This document shows positions 27,865 through 38,117 of a stretch of DNA of 64,000 nt, one piece after another. Positions within the stretch are counted from its first letter, which is position 1. The number at the start of each line of letters is the position of its first letter. Origin of the DNA: an uncultured bacterium (GTDB lineage Bacteria; Acidobacteriota; Vicinamibacteria; Vicinamibacterales; UBA8438); the NCBI GenBank assembly GCA_963934795.1, contig CAWWAF010000007.1, positions 512-64,511 on the forward strand, written 5' to 3'. The translations under genes and the position numbers were made by a program. The notes beneath the pieces are model-generated. The model did not search any database and was not told the origin of the DNA. It saw nothing but the letters and a program-made list of their open reading frames with translations.

Positions 27865-28143
27865 ATGGGCGACGCAGGTGAAGGTCTGGTCGACGCGGAA
27901 GCACGAATCCAAGAACGCATGGACGAACTCGAGCGTGAACGCTCGGCCCGGCACGCGAAGCCGCCCCCCGACCCTGCCGGAGCGAGCCGTGTCGAGTCCT
28001 TGCGTTTGGCCCGGGTGGACCTCCAGCGCCAAGCCGACGCCGCCAACACACATCCCAAGCTCAAGGCTGTCCGGGCCCAGGCTCTCGCTGACCTCGACCG
28101 CCAGCTCGCCGACGCGCAGGCGGCGCTCGACAAGAAGTCCTAG
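27865..28143 (+). CDS. Small helical/coiled-coil hypothetical protein
   Basis: RBS GGAGG, GC3-rich codons, charged helical composition. Confidence 0.7.
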   Translation: MGDAGEGLVDAEARIQERMDELERERSARHAKPPPDPAGASRVESLRLARVDLQRQADAANTHPKLKAVRAQALADLDRQLADAQAALDKKS

Positions 28144-29183
28144 CAGCCCGCGGGGCGTCGCGGCGCGTCCGTGACCCACATATCTGCCTGCACGGCGCTG
28201 TTACCGGGTGAGCCACCCGCCACATACAGCTTGTCGCCGATGATGCCAGCGGCGGGCGACGAGAGCGGCATCGGAAGGGTGGCTACGACCTCCCACTGTC
28301 CTTCCCGAGTCAGCGCAAGGACGTCCGCATCGACTTGCTTCGACTCGCCCGGTGCCGTGGTGTGTCCGCCCACCATGTAGATGCGGTCGCCGTGCACGAA
28401 AGTGCCACCCTCGGCGTGCGAGTGGCCCTTCGGTAGCGACGGACCGGCCCCCCACGAATCGGTGGCGGGGTCGTAGATGTCGACCCGGGCCTGATCGAGC
28501 TGCTCGCTGTCGTGGTGGAACTGGCCACCCATCGCGTAGATCTTGCCGGCAAAGGTCACGCACGCGAACTGATTGCGCGGCACCGGCATCGGGGCAGCGT
28601 AGGTCCACTGCGCGCTCCCGTTCGCCCATGCATCCAGATCGAGCACCCAGTGGTCTGGCGAGTCGGTGTCCCGATCTACCTCAGTGCCGCCCATGAAGTG
28701 CAGCATCCGTCCGACCAGAGCAAGTCCTCCGCCCCCTCGGGTCTCCGGCAGCAAGGGCGCCGCGGTGTACCGGTCGGTGTCGATGTCATAGCTCCACACT
28801 TCGGCAATGGTGTGGCCCTTGTACCCGTCCTTGTATCCGCCGGCAAACCACACAGTTCGCCCGTCGAGCACCATGTTCATGTGGGAAATGGCGCTGGGCA
28901 AATCCTGAATCCGAGTCCAACTCCCGTCCGACGGATCGAAGATGTTTGAGACCTTGCTCGACGTGACGCCGTCGGTGTAGCCGCCAAACAAATAGAGCTT
29001 GTCGTCCAGCACCACCACGCCAGGCTCCCACTTCTCCACCGGCATATCCGGGAGCTTGGTCCACCCGTCTTGCGCGTGTGCTGCGACGCCCAACGACAGA
29101 ACGCCGACGAGGACCGTCGCGGACACCGCCACCATCTGGCACGTGCGAATCCGGTGCCGACTCGCCTCTCTGACTTCACGCAT
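28140..29183 (-). CDS. Exported Kelch-repeat protein
   Basis: Six repeats with GG doublets followed by spaced Y/W (LYLFGGY, WFAGGY, LHFMGG, IYAMGG, IYMVGG, LYVAGG); RBS GGAGG before ATG 29183. Confidence 0.85.
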   Translation of the reverse strand: MREVREASRHRIRTCQMVAVSATVLVGVLSLGVAAHAQDGWTKLPDMPVEKWEPGVVVLDDKLYLFGGYTDGVTSSKVSNIFDPSDGSWTRIQDLPSAISHMNMVLDGRTVWFAGGYKDGYKGHTIAEVWSYDIDTDRYTAAPLLPETRGGGGLALVGRMLHFMGGTEVDRDTDSPDHWVLDLDAWANGSAQWTYAAPMPVPRNQFACVTFAGKIYAMGGQFHHDSEQLDQARVDIYDPATDSWGAGPSLPKGHSHAEGGTFVHGDRIYMVGGHTTAPGESKQVDADVLALTREGQWEVVATLPMPLSSPAAGIIGDKLYVAGGSPGNSAVQADMWVTDAPRRPAGC

Positions 29184-29224
29184 GGTGTTCCTCCGAAAAA
29201 CAGACGCGCCCGACGCATGGCCGT

Positions 29225-30013
29225 TCACTGGCCTGAGGGCACGCCTAACGAATCGTTGAGGGTCCAATCGTAATCCAAGAAGCGGACACGGGTCTTGGGA
29301 GCTGCGATAGCAGCCGCGGCGGCGGGGTCATCCGTGAGGCGGGCGGCGACGAAGGTCTTCAGAGAACCGCCGTGCCGGGTAAAGTCACTCTCATACCAGT
29401 CGAGTAGCTCGGACAGCCACAGCGTACCGTCTTCATACCGGTTCCGCCGAACGTCTCGCAGGAAGACCCGCGCGTTGTCCTCAAGCTGGTCGTCCAATCG
29501 TGACGCGACATAGGCCTCAGCACGCAGAGGCGGGCACCCACTGGCCGCGCAATTTGCGGCGAATTGAATGCGGGGCTCGTCGAACTGCGCCCTGATCATT
29601 CCGTGTTCGATGTCGTCGAGGTGACGCTCCTGCCCCAGCAGTGTGAAGAAACGCTGCTTCCAGGGTGAGGAGAACCACCCCCCGAGATCCTTGATCGAGG
29701 TCACCGGATAATTGTCGACGATCAACGTCACGGTGAGCGCGTTGTATGCGTTGACCAGAAACGCCAACCGCTCCGGCTCGGACCAGGTCTCGAACTGCGC
29801 CGGTGTGACACGAGTGACCACGTCGACATAGCACTCCAACCCAGACGCCTCTGCCTGAATCGCGGCATAGTCAACCACGGTGATGCCGCCATCGTTGGCG
29901 ACGTGACGCGTGAGGATCTCGGTCCACGCCGTGTGGCCGTGGTCGAACGTCTGGGCGATGGCCCCCCCGCTCGACGCCAGAAGCACGACCACCAACACAC
30001 TGAGGCGCGTCAC
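29225..30013 (-). CDS. DUF547 domain exported protein
   Basis: LAFLVNAYNALT, LDDIEHG, PRIQFAANCAASGCPPL, FLDYDWTLN. Confidence 0.85.
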   Translation of the reverse strand: MTRLSVLVVVLLASSGGAIAQTFDHGHTAWTEILTRHVANDGGITVVDYAAIQAEASGLECYVDVVTRVTPAQFETWSEPERLAFLVNAYNALTVTLIVDNYPVTSIKDLGGWFSSPWKQRFFTLLGQERHLDDIEHGMIRAQFDEPRIQFAANCAASGCPPLRAEAYVASRLDDQLEDNARVFLRDVRRNRYEDGTLWLSELLDWYESDFTRHGGSLKTFVAARLTDDPAAAAAIAAPKTRVRFLDYDWTLNDSLGVPSGQ

Positions 30014-30738
30014 AAGGCCGACTCCGAAAAAGAGATATCTCCGAAGTGGGAGACACAGGCCGTTCCACTGTTGTCAGTGTCGGTCATGACGGCCACCCCG
30101 GCGACCGTGTCAGCCTCCCGTCCGAACAACGCCACGTAGTCCGCGCGCACATCCCGACGGTGATGGGCCCAGCCATCGTCATCGGTGGCACCGGCTCCTC
30201 GCGCCGTCACCGGCTGGACCGGCAGCACCTTGATGCGCGCATTCACATGCGAGGTCGAATCGAACGTTCGCGCTGGAACCGACTGCGGCACATAGACGAT
30301 CGAATCGCCCTGAAACCCAGGTCCGAGTCGCTTCAGACGCGAGAACATACCCCCGGTTGGCTCGAAAATCACAAACAGGCGGAGGGGGAAATCGTCGGTC
30401 TCTGGGTCGCCCCAGTCCCCCGCGTAGCAGTCAGGGTTCGTCTTCCAGGACCAGTGGATGACCGGACGACGCTCCACGTCGATAGAGACCCGCTTGAGAG
30501 CGGCAGAGGCGGACGCCTGACTGCGCGCCTCGAGGACCACGCGACCGTTCTGCGAGACCAATCCGTACTCCGTCTCCGCGGTGATACTGGGAAAACGCAT
30601 CTGTTCCCAACCCACCGGCATGCCGCCGGCCGCGAGATGCGAGAACGGACCAACCAGCAGCCTCGTCGGCTGAGCCATCACCGTGGTGGCCACCATGGCG
30701 ACGGCACCCACGCAACAGACGCGAACCAGGGGGATCAT
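30010..30738 (-). CDS. DUF3047 domain protein
   Basis: WSWK, DDFPLRLFVIF, VAVMTDTDNSG, FGDISF; GTGA overlap with the DUF547 gene. Confidence 0.8.
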   Translation of the reverse strand: MIPLVRVCCVGAVAMVATTVMAQPTRLLVGPFSHLAAGGMPVGWEQMRFPSITAETEYGLVSQNGRVVLEARSQASASAALKRVSIDVERRPVIHWSWKTNPDCYAGDWGDPETDDFPLRLFVIFEPTGGMFSRLKRLGPGFQGDSIVYVPQSVPARTFDSTSHVNARIKVLPVQPVTARGAGATDDDGWAHHRRDVRADYVALFGREADTVAGVAVMTDTDNSGTACVSHFGDISFSESAL

Positions 30739-30846
30739 GCCCGTTGCGCCTCGACTCGATCCATGTCACTCGCCATATTCATTCTGACGCGAAGCCCGGC
30801 CCCGACGGTTCGGGACCGTGACGCTCGCCCGCTATAGAATGCATCG

Positions 30847-32295
30847 GTGTCAGCCACCGAGTCGCACGCTACCGATCTCTGCGAGTGTACCGCCCGCACC
30901 CTCGTCAATCTGATCGGACGTCGGCGTGTGTCGTGTCGAGAGGTCATGACCGCCCATCTGGCTCGGGTCGAGCGTGTCAACCCGATGGTCAACGCCATCG
31001 TGACGCTGGCGGCGGACGACGCGCTGCTGGAGGCCGACGCCGCCGACGCCGCGCTGGCGCATGGTGATGCGGTTGGCCCACTGCACGGCCTACCGATCGC
31101 GCACAAAGACCTCTTTGTCACCGCGGGCTTGCGCACCACTTTCGGTTCCCGGGTGTTCGCCGACCATGTGCCTTCCGAGACGGCCGCAATCGTCGAACGG
31201 GAACGTCGGGCCGGCGCCATCACGATCGGCAAGACGAACACGCCGGAGTTCGGAGCCGGGTCCCAGACGTTCAATGAGATCTTCGGGGCCACCCGCAACC
31301 CCTTCGACCTCACCAAGACCTGCGGTGGCAGCAGCGGGGGCGCGGCCGTGGCCCTGGCGACCGGCATGGTGCCGCTTGCCGATGGCAGCGACCTGGGCGG
31401 GTCGCTGCGCAACCCGGCGAGCTTCTGCAACGTGGTCGGCCTCCGCCCGACACCGGGGCGCGTGCCCAATTGGCCAGATCCGACACCGTGGTTCCCTTTC
31501 ACTGTAGCCGGGCCCATAGCCAGAACCGTAGGCGACGTCGCCCTGCTCCTCGACGCGATCGCCGGTCCAGATCCGCGGGCCCCGCTGTCGGTGGGCATCC
31601 CCGCCGAACCCTGCGCGGGGGCGCTCGACCGCGATCTGCGTGACGTGCGCGTCGCCTGGAGCCCGGACCTTGGCGGACTTCCCGTGGAGCCGGCGGTGAC
31701 GGCCGTGCTGGAACGCCAACGCGGTGCCTTCGAATCTCTGGGTTGCTCGGTCGAAAACGACTGTCCAGACTTCTCCGGGGCGGACACCGTCTTCACCACA
31801 TGGCGCGCCTGGGCCTACGACGCAATGTTTGGCGACACGCTGGACCGACACCCCGGGATGCTGAAGGACACCGTCGTGTGGAACATCGAGGCGGGGCGCG
31901 CGCTCGCCGGCCACGACCTGGCGGACGCCGAGCGTGCGCGCGCGGCGCTGTACGACCGTGTGCGCCGCTTCATGACGGAGTACGAGTTCCTGCTGCTCCC
32001 GGTCGCTCAGGTCGTGCCATTCGATATCGACCAGCCGTATATCACCGACATCAACGGAGAGGCGCTGCCAACGTACCTCGACTGGATGAAGTCCTGCTAC
32101 CAGATCAGCGTGACCGGCTTGCCCGCCCTGTCTGTCCCGTGCGGCCATACGCCAGAGGGGCTCCCGGTCGGGCTACAAATCGTCGGTCGCCCCTTCGACG
32201 AACGCGGCGTGCTACAGCTGGCTCATGCGTTCGAGCAGGCCACCGAATGCTGGAGGCGGCGGCCGCCTCTGCTCGCGGCGTTGGCCGAACCCTGA
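30847..32295 (+). CDS. Amidase signature family enzyme
   Basis: PIAHKD, GKTNTPEFG, GGSSGG, GSDLGGSLRNPA (Lys-cisSer-Ser triad); TAGAAT 6 nt before GTG. Confidence 0.93.
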   Translation: MSATESHATDLCECTARTLVNLIGRRRVSCREVMTAHLARVERVNPMVNAIVTLAADDALLEADAADAALAHGDAVGPLHGLPIAHKDLFVTAGLRTTFGSRVFADHVPSETAAIVERERRAGAITIGKTNTPEFGAGSQTFNEIFGATRNPFDLTKTCGGSSGGAAVALATGMVPLADGSDLGGSLRNPASFCNVVGLRPTPGRVPNWPDPTPWFPFTVAGPIARTVGDVALLLDAIAGPDPRAPLSVGIPAEPCAGALDRDLRDVRVAWSPDLGGLPVEPAVTAVLERQRGAFESLGCSVENDCPDFSGADTVFTTWRAWAYDAMFGDTLDRHPGMLKDTVVWNIEAGRALAGHDLADAERARAALYDRVRRFMTEYEFLLLPVAQVVPFDIDQPYITDINGEALPTYLDWMKSCYQISVTGLPALSVPCGHTPEGLPVGLQIVGRPFDERGVLQLAHAFEQATECWRRRPPLLAALAEP

Positions 32296-32449
32296 CCGCT
32301 GGGCCCATGCACGCGGCACCTGGCTCACTGTGGCATCGGGTGGCTGGAAGTGGTACAACCGCCATCACGACTCGTCATTCCACACGGTTGTCGGCCACCA
32401 GCGCGTTTCAGATGGCGACGACTGCAGATATCGGCAGAGAGAGGCACAC

Positions 32450-34627
32450 ATGCGCATGACACTCACTCGGTGGCTCAGCGTCGTTGGCGTCGCGATCCTC
32501 ATGGCGGTTGGCCTGGCCGTGACGGGGCCAGACGTCACCGCTCAAGTCTCGGCTGATGCCGACGACATCGCGGGCACGGTCAGTGGGGCTGGCGGACCAG
32601 AAGCCGGGGTGTGGGTCATCGCGGAGACGAACGACCTGGCGACGCTGTTCCGCAAGATTGTGGTGACCGACGGTGCTGGTCGGTATGTGGTGCCCGACCT
32701 GCCGCCGGCCAACTACAACGTGTGGGTCCGCGGCTATGGCCTGAAGGACTCTGACCCGGTCTCCGGCTCCCCGGGCACCGCCCTCGACTTGCGGGTTGCG
32801 CAGGCGGCGAGTCCCCGTGAAGCGGCCCAGGTGTACCCCGCCAACTACTGGTACTCGCTGGTCGAGGTCCCCCCGTCGAGCGCCTTTCCCGGAACGGGAG
32901 ACGGCGGCAACGGTATCTCGACAGGTATGCAGAACCAGGCGCAGTGGGTCGACGGCCTCAAGCAAGGTTGCCAGCTGTGCCATCAACTGGGGAACCAGGC
33001 GACCCGGGAAGTGTTGAATCCGAGCGAGTTCGACTCCACGGAGGCCGCCTGGGCGCATCGTGTGCAAGCGGGTCAGCGCGGCGCCATGATGAGCGGTGGG
33101 CTGCGTCGTTTCGGCGAGGATCGTGTGGTGTCCATGTATGCCGACTGGACCGATCGCATCATGGCTGGTGAGGTGCCGTCGGCCCCGCCGCGTCCGCAGG
33201 GACGAGAGCGCGACGTCGTGCTCACCATGTGGGAGTGGGGCGGCCCGACCGGCTATATCCACGATGAGGTCGCGACGGACAAGCGCAACCCTCGCGTCAA
33301 TGCCGACGGCCCGATTTACGGTGTCGAGTTCGCCAGCGACCACCTGGTGTGGGTAGACCCGAACACGAACGAGGCGCGCCAGGTGAAGATCCCGGTGCGA
33401 GACACCCCGGGCGAGGGCGATTTTACCTCGTACATCTCAGACGAGATGCCAGAACCATCGATGTACTGGGGCGACGAAGTCATCTGGGACAACCCGGGGA
33501 ACCCCCACAACCCGATGATGGATGGGCAAGGTCGGGTGTGGATGACCCATCAAATTCGAGGCCCAGGCAACCCGGCCTGGTGCCAGTCTGGTTCCACCAA
33601 CCCCTACGCGCAGCACTATCCGCTACGGCGCGCGGCCCGACACATCGCCTTCTATGACCCGGCGAGTGAAGAGGTCGGCCTGATCGACACCTGTTTCAAC
33701 ACGCACCACCTACAGTTCGGCCACGAGGACAGCGAGCGCTTGTATCTGAGTTCTGTCGGTCCAGTCATCGGGTGGCTCGACGTGGAGGTGTACGAAGAAA
33801 CCGGCGACGCGCAGGCGGCCCAGGGGTGGTGCCCGATCATCGTCGACACGAACGGCGACGGCCGGATTGGCGACTGGGTCAGCCGGACCGACGAGTTGGA
33901 TCCGACCAAAGACAAGGAACTGGGGCGCGGATGGTACGGCATCGTGCCAGACCCGACCGAAGACCACGTCGTGTGGGCCGCCTCTGGCGGTGTGCCGGGA
34001 CAAATCGTGCGCCTGGAGATTGGCGACAATCCCCCTGAGACCTGCATCGCTGAGTACTACCAGCCACCGTTCGACAACGCGGACGCACCAATTCAGGGCT
34101 ACTCACCACGCGGCATCGACATCACGACCGACGGCATCATCTGGACCGCGCTCTCCGGGAGCGGCCACATGGCCAGCTTCGATCGAAGCAAATGCGCCGT
34201 GCTCAACGGCCCCACGGCGACCGGGCAGCACTGCCCGGAGGGATGGTCGCTCTTTGCCACGCCTGGTCCGCAGATGAAGGGTGTGACCGACCATGGCAGC
34301 GCCGACTTTCACTATTACAGCTGGGTCGATCAGCACGACACACTCGGGCTCGGCGACAACGTGCCGATCGCCACCGGCAGCACGTCTGACTCGTTGCTCG
34401 CCTTCCTGCCGGAGCAGGAGGAGTATGTGGTCATGCGGGTTCCGTACCCGCTGGGCTTCTACTCGCGCGGCATGGACGGGCGGATCGATGATCCGGATGC
34501 CGGATGGAAGGGACGGGCGGTCTGGGCTGACTACGGCACCAACGCTGTGTGGCACAACGAGGGCGGCAAGGGCACGCAGGGTAATTTGGTGAAGTTCCAG
34601 GTCCGACCAAATCCACTCGCACACTAG
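32450..34627 (+). CDS. Exported multidomain protein: carboxypeptidase-regulatory-like domain, CxxCH motif, probable beta-propeller
   Basis: Signal peptide; AGVWVIAET/YNVWVRGYGL N-domain; CQLCH at 32969-32983; repeated beta-strand-rich blocks. Confidence 0.7.
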   Translation: MRMTLTRWLSVVGVAILMAVGLAVTGPDVTAQVSADADDIAGTVSGAGGPEAGVWVIAETNDLATLFRKIVVTDGAGRYVVPDLPPANYNVWVRGYGLKDSDPVSGSPGTALDLRVAQAASPREAAQVYPANYWYSLVEVPPSSAFPGTGDGGNGISTGMQNQAQWVDGLKQGCQLCHQLGNQATREVLNPSEFDSTEAAWAHRVQAGQRGAMMSGGLRRFGEDRVVSMYADWTDRIMAGEVPSAPPRPQGRERDVVLTMWEWGGPTGYIHDEVATDKRNPRVNADGPIYGVEFASDHLVWVDPNTNEARQVKIPVRDTPGEGDFTSYISDEMPEPSMYWGDEVIWDNPGNPHNPMMDGQGRVWMTHQIRGPGNPAWCQSGSTNPYAQHYPLRRAARHIAFYDPASEEVGLIDTCFNTHHLQFGHEDSERLYLSSVGPVIGWLDVEVYEETGDAQAAQGWCPIIVDTNGDGRIGDWVSRTDELDPTKDKELGRGWYGIVPDPTEDHVVWAASGGVPGQIVRLEIGDNPPETCIAEYYQPPFDNADAPIQGYSPRGIDITTDGIIWTALSGSGHMASFDRSKCAVLNGPTATGQHCPEGWSLFATPGPQMKGVTDHGSADFHYYSWVDQHDTLGLGDNVPIATGSTSDSLLAFLPEQEEYVVMRVPYPLGFYSRGMDGRIDDPDAGWKGRAVWADYGTNAVWHNEGGKGTQGNLVKFQVRPNPLAH

Positions 34628-34657
34628 TACGCAGACGGAGCCATCACACGAACCTCG

Positions 34658-34697
34658 GTGGCGACAGGGCGGGGCGCGGTGCCCACTCTGTCGCCAC
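34658..34697. terminator. Imperfect GC-rich hairpin downstream of the CxxCH/propeller gene
   Basis: gtggcgacag / ctgtcgccac 10-bp perfect base with extended imperfect pairing; no U-tract. Confidence 0.45.
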
Positions 34698-34873
34698 GGT
34701 CCGCGTAGTGCCGTGACGCCACGCAGCCGGGCCGCTCCGCTCCCCATGCCCTCCGGCGCGAGTACCATTCCTGCCGCCCGCTTCGTATCTGGACGATCTG
34801 AGAGATAAGATCCCCGCGGGCCGTGCCGCCTGTGCATGAGGCCGTGCCGCTCGTCGAGCCTCCTACCGCAGAC

Positions 34874-36046
34874 ATGACCGACGCCACCCCACAGCTAGAG
34901 CCCCCCCACGACGACCTGGCGTTGGTGCTCGTCGGGGGTGGGGCGCGCGCAGCCTACCAGGTCGGGTTTCTTCGTGCACTGGTCGCCAAACACCCGACGC
35001 TGAACCTCCCGATTATCACCGGCACGTCGGCCGGTGCCATCAACGCGACCTATCTCGCTTCCCGGGTGGGCCCACTGAGCGAAGCGGTGGACGGGCTGGT
35101 AGCGCTGTGGCGAAAACAGCGAGTGGAACAGGTCTTCCGAGTTGATGGTCTCTCGCTGCTGAGTCTGGTCTTCAGGTGGGGTCTGCGCCTGGTCTCAGGT
35201 GGCGGCATCCTGGCACCCGAGGTGCGGGGCCTACTCGACACCGCCCCACTGCGCCGTTTTCTCGAACAAACGCTGGAACCGACCGCCAACGGTGAATTCG
35301 TGGGCATTGCCCGCAATATTGCCGCTCGACGGCTCCGCGCCGTGGCCATCACCACCAGCAGCTACACCACGGGCCAATCGGTAGTCTGGGTGCAGGGCGC
35401 CGACATCGAGAATTGGGAACGCGCGCACCGTCGCAGCCGAAAAACCGCCCTCACCATCGAGCATGTCATGGCGTCGGCCGCATTGCCGCTGTTTTTTCCC
35501 GCCATCAAGTTGGACGACGGCTGGTATGGCGACGGCGGCATCCGCATGCTCGCCCCGTGCTCGCCCGCCATCCACCTCGGCGCACGACGGATCCTGGCCA
35601 TCTCGAACCGCTGCCGAAGCAGTATGGAGGAGGCAGACCGGCCGGTCATTCGGCACTATCCGCCTCCGGCCCAGATTGCCGGGCAAATGATCCAGTCGAT
35701 GTTCCTGGACGATCTCGACCGCGACGCGTTCAGCCTGGAGCGATTGAACGGGCTTCTCTCGACGCTGCCTGAGACCGAGCGTCAGGGGTTACGGCCAGTC
35801 GACCTGGTCGTCATACGGCCCTCCCGAGACCTGGGACGGCTGGCCGGCGAATTCGAGCCGCAACTGCCGTGGCTGTTTCGCCACTTGACCCGCAGTCTGG
35901 GGTCGCGTGAAACCGCGAGTCCGGACCTGCTGAGCCTGCTGATGTTCCAGGAAGACTACATCGACCGCCTGATGGAGCTCGGCGCCGAAGACGCCGAGAC
36001 GCAAGGCGACCGGGTCGCCGCGCTGCTCGAGCGACGACCTCAATGA
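34874..36046 (+). CDS. Patatin-like phospholipase
   Basis: GGGARAAYQVG, GTSAG nucleophile, DGG motif. Confidence 0.9.
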   Translation: MTDATPQLEPPHDDLALVLVGGGARAAYQVGFLRALVAKHPTLNLPIITGTSAGAINATYLASRVGPLSEAVDGLVALWRKQRVEQVFRVDGLSLLSLVFRWGLRLVSGGGILAPEVRGLLDTAPLRRFLEQTLEPTANGEFVGIARNIAARRLRAVAITTSSYTTGQSVVWVQGADIENWERAHRRSRKTALTIEHVMASAALPLFFPAIKLDDGWYGDGGIRMLAPCSPAIHLGARRILAISNRCRSSMEEADRPVIRHYPPPAQIAGQMIQSMFLDDLDRDAFSLERLNGLLSTLPETERQGLRPVDLVVIRPSRDLGRLAGEFEPQLPWLFRHLTRSLGSRETASPDLLSLLMFQEDYIDRLMELGAEDAETQGDRVAALLERRPQ

Positions 36047-36071
36047 GCCGGTACCGGCTGGTGTGGCCCGG

Positions 36072-36560
36072 CTAGCGCCGCAACTCGACGCCCTGCGCGA
36101 GGAAGCTGACCTCCGTGGCGGTGCCGTCGGCGTGTCGCGTCAGCGCCACACCCTCCGCGATCAGGTGGTCCGCGTGTTTCTTCGAGAACAGGTTCGTCTC
36201 GAAGACACCCTCAAGCCGAGCGTCTGCGCCCTGCGAGTCGGTGGGCATGAAGAACGCGTAGTCCTTGAACGTCACCCGGATGCCGCGGTCGGCGCCCTTC
36301 GGGGACACCTCCATCCAGCACCCTTTGGCCTGACAGACCTTCTTCACGGCACCTTCCAAGATGACCGTCTGGTCCGTGTACGCGTCCACCGACTGCATCG
36401 CCTCCGCCAGGTCGACGGTCGGAGAGCTGCCAAGTGCGGCACCGCGGGCAATGACAGTATCTTGTGCCGCAGCCAGCGCCGGACCCGATGCGGTCAGCAC
36501 GCAGACGCCGGCCACACGGAGCGCGACTCCCAAAGCGTTTTGCATACGTGAGTAGTACAT
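36072..36560 (-). CDS. DUF4920 domain exported protein (OB-fold-like)
   Basis: VCQAKGCWM, FKDYAFFMP, HLIAEG motifs after a signal peptide. Confidence 0.8.
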   Translation of the reverse strand: MYYSRMQNALGVALRVAGVCVLTASGPALAAAQDTVIARGAALGSSPTVDLAEAMQSVDAYTDQTVILEGAVKKVCQAKGCWMEVSPKGADRGIRVTFKDYAFFMPTDSQGADARLEGVFETNLFSKKHADHLIAEGVALTRHADGTATEVSFLAQGVELRR

Positions 36561-36616
36561 TACAAACTCCTGTCTACGATGAGGTGTCGCGTCATCGTAT
36601 CAGCTCGCTCGGAACC

Positions 36617-37903
36617 ATGGTGAGATCCCACGAGACTGTCGTGTTCAGAGCCATCCCTGCGCTGGCGGCCCTCCTGGTCGCTCTGTTGCCGCACGTCAGC
36701 GCGGCCCAGCCGGTAGCGCGGCTCGCCGTGTCCCTGACACACCCCGCGATCGAGTACGGCACTCGGCCACGAACCGACCGCGTCGCTCAACTCGTCGCCC
36801 GGTTGCGCGGTGGGACGACGACACTGGCTTTCGACCGCCAGCACGGATATCTCCGAGCGTTGCTTGAGGCGCTCAATGTCCCGGTCGAATCACAGAGTCT
36901 GGTGTTCTCGAAGACCAGCCTGCAAGATGGCTTCATCACCCCCCTGACTCCGCGCGCCGTCTACTTCACCGACGACATCTCCGTGGCATGGATTCCAGGG
37001 GCACCCGTCATCGAGATCGCGGCTCACGACCCACGACAGGGGGTCATGTTCTACGTCCTCCGCCAACAGGTCATCCCGGCGCCACCCTTCGAGCGGCCAC
37101 GGACGTGTCTCGAGTGCCACATCTCCACCACGACACTCGGCGTGCCGGGGCTGGCCGTGGGCAGCACCGTCGTCGACGACGCCGGGGTCCCTTTCACGGC
37201 GATCCCGGTTGATCACCGCACCGCCATCGACCAGCGATGGGGCGGCTGGTATGTCACGGGCGACACCGGGGAGGGCCCGCATATCGGCAACACGGTGGCG
37301 ACGGACCGCACCAACCCGATACTGGAGGTCGCGCCCGGCAATCTGAATCTGCCGACGGCCGCTGGCCGCATCGATGCGGACAAATACCTCACCCCCTACA
37401 GCGACGTCGCAGCGCTGATGGTGCTCGAGCATCAGACCCACATAACGAACCTGCTCACCCTGGCCGGGTGGCAATTCCGCGTTGCGGCGGAAGACGGCGC
37501 TGCTCCTGCTGGACTCGCTGGCACTGTCGACGCGCTCGTGGACTACATGCTCTTCGTCGACGAGGCGCACTTGGACGACGCGATTCGGGGCTCGGCCGGT
37601 TTCGAGGCGGAGTTCGAGCAGCGCGGCCCCTTCGACGCGGCCGGCCGAACCCTGCGGGCACTCGATCTCGCGACACGGACCTTCCGATACCCGTGCAGCT
37701 ACATGATCTACAGCGCCGCCTTTGACGCGCTCCCGGCGCAGGCCCGCGAGGCGATCTACGCGCGGCTGTGGCAAGTGCTCTCCGGCGCAGATGCGCAGCC
37801 GCGCTACGCCCGCCTCTCGCGCGACGACCGGCAGGCGGTGGTAGAGATACTGAGAGAGACCAAACCTGGATTGCCGCGCTACTTCGCGTCGCCTCAGCAG
37901 TAA
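36617..37903 (+). CDS. Exported hypothetical protein with single CxxCH motif
   Basis: Signal peptide; LVFSKTSLQ, PRAVYF, CLECH (37106-37120), RWGGWYVTG, YPCSYMIYS. Confidence 0.7.
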   Translation: MVRSHETVVFRAIPALAALLVALLPHVSAAQPVARLAVSLTHPAIEYGTRPRTDRVAQLVARLRGGTTTLAFDRQHGYLRALLEALNVPVESQSLVFSKTSLQDGFITPLTPRAVYFTDDISVAWIPGAPVIEIAAHDPRQGVMFYVLRQQVIPAPPFERPRTCLECHISTTTLGVPGLAVGSTVVDDAGVPFTAIPVDHRTAIDQRWGGWYVTGDTGEGPHIGNTVATDRTNPILEVAPGNLNLPTAAGRIDADKYLTPYSDVAALMVLEHQTHITNLLTLAGWQFRVAAEDGAAPAGLAGTVDALVDYMLFVDEAHLDDAIRGSAGFEAEFEQRGPFDAAGRTLRALDLATRTFRYPCSYMIYSAAFDALPAQAREAIYARLWQVLSGADAQPRYARLSRDDRQAVVEILRETKPGLPRYFASPQQ

Positions 37904-38034
37904 ACCGCGTTCCGACGACCGCCGAGCGCACGATCGTCTGAACAGATTCGATCCGTCTCGGCACCCAGCATGCATAGCCGAGGCCATACAGCCCGTCGCG
38001 GACGCGTGAGGGACGTCGTGGCCACGTCGAGATG

Positions 38035-38060
38035 GGAACTTGGGACCTGCTGGATCCGTT
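38035..38060 (+). promoter_or_regulatory. Probable ECF sigma factor promoter
   Basis: GGAAC-N17-CGTT upstream of the GIN-domain gene, which has RBS GGAGG. Confidence 0.4.
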
Positions 38061-38117
38061 ATCTAGACAGACGAACCATGCCGAGCGGGCGGAGACACTC
38101 GAAACTGGAGGGACACA

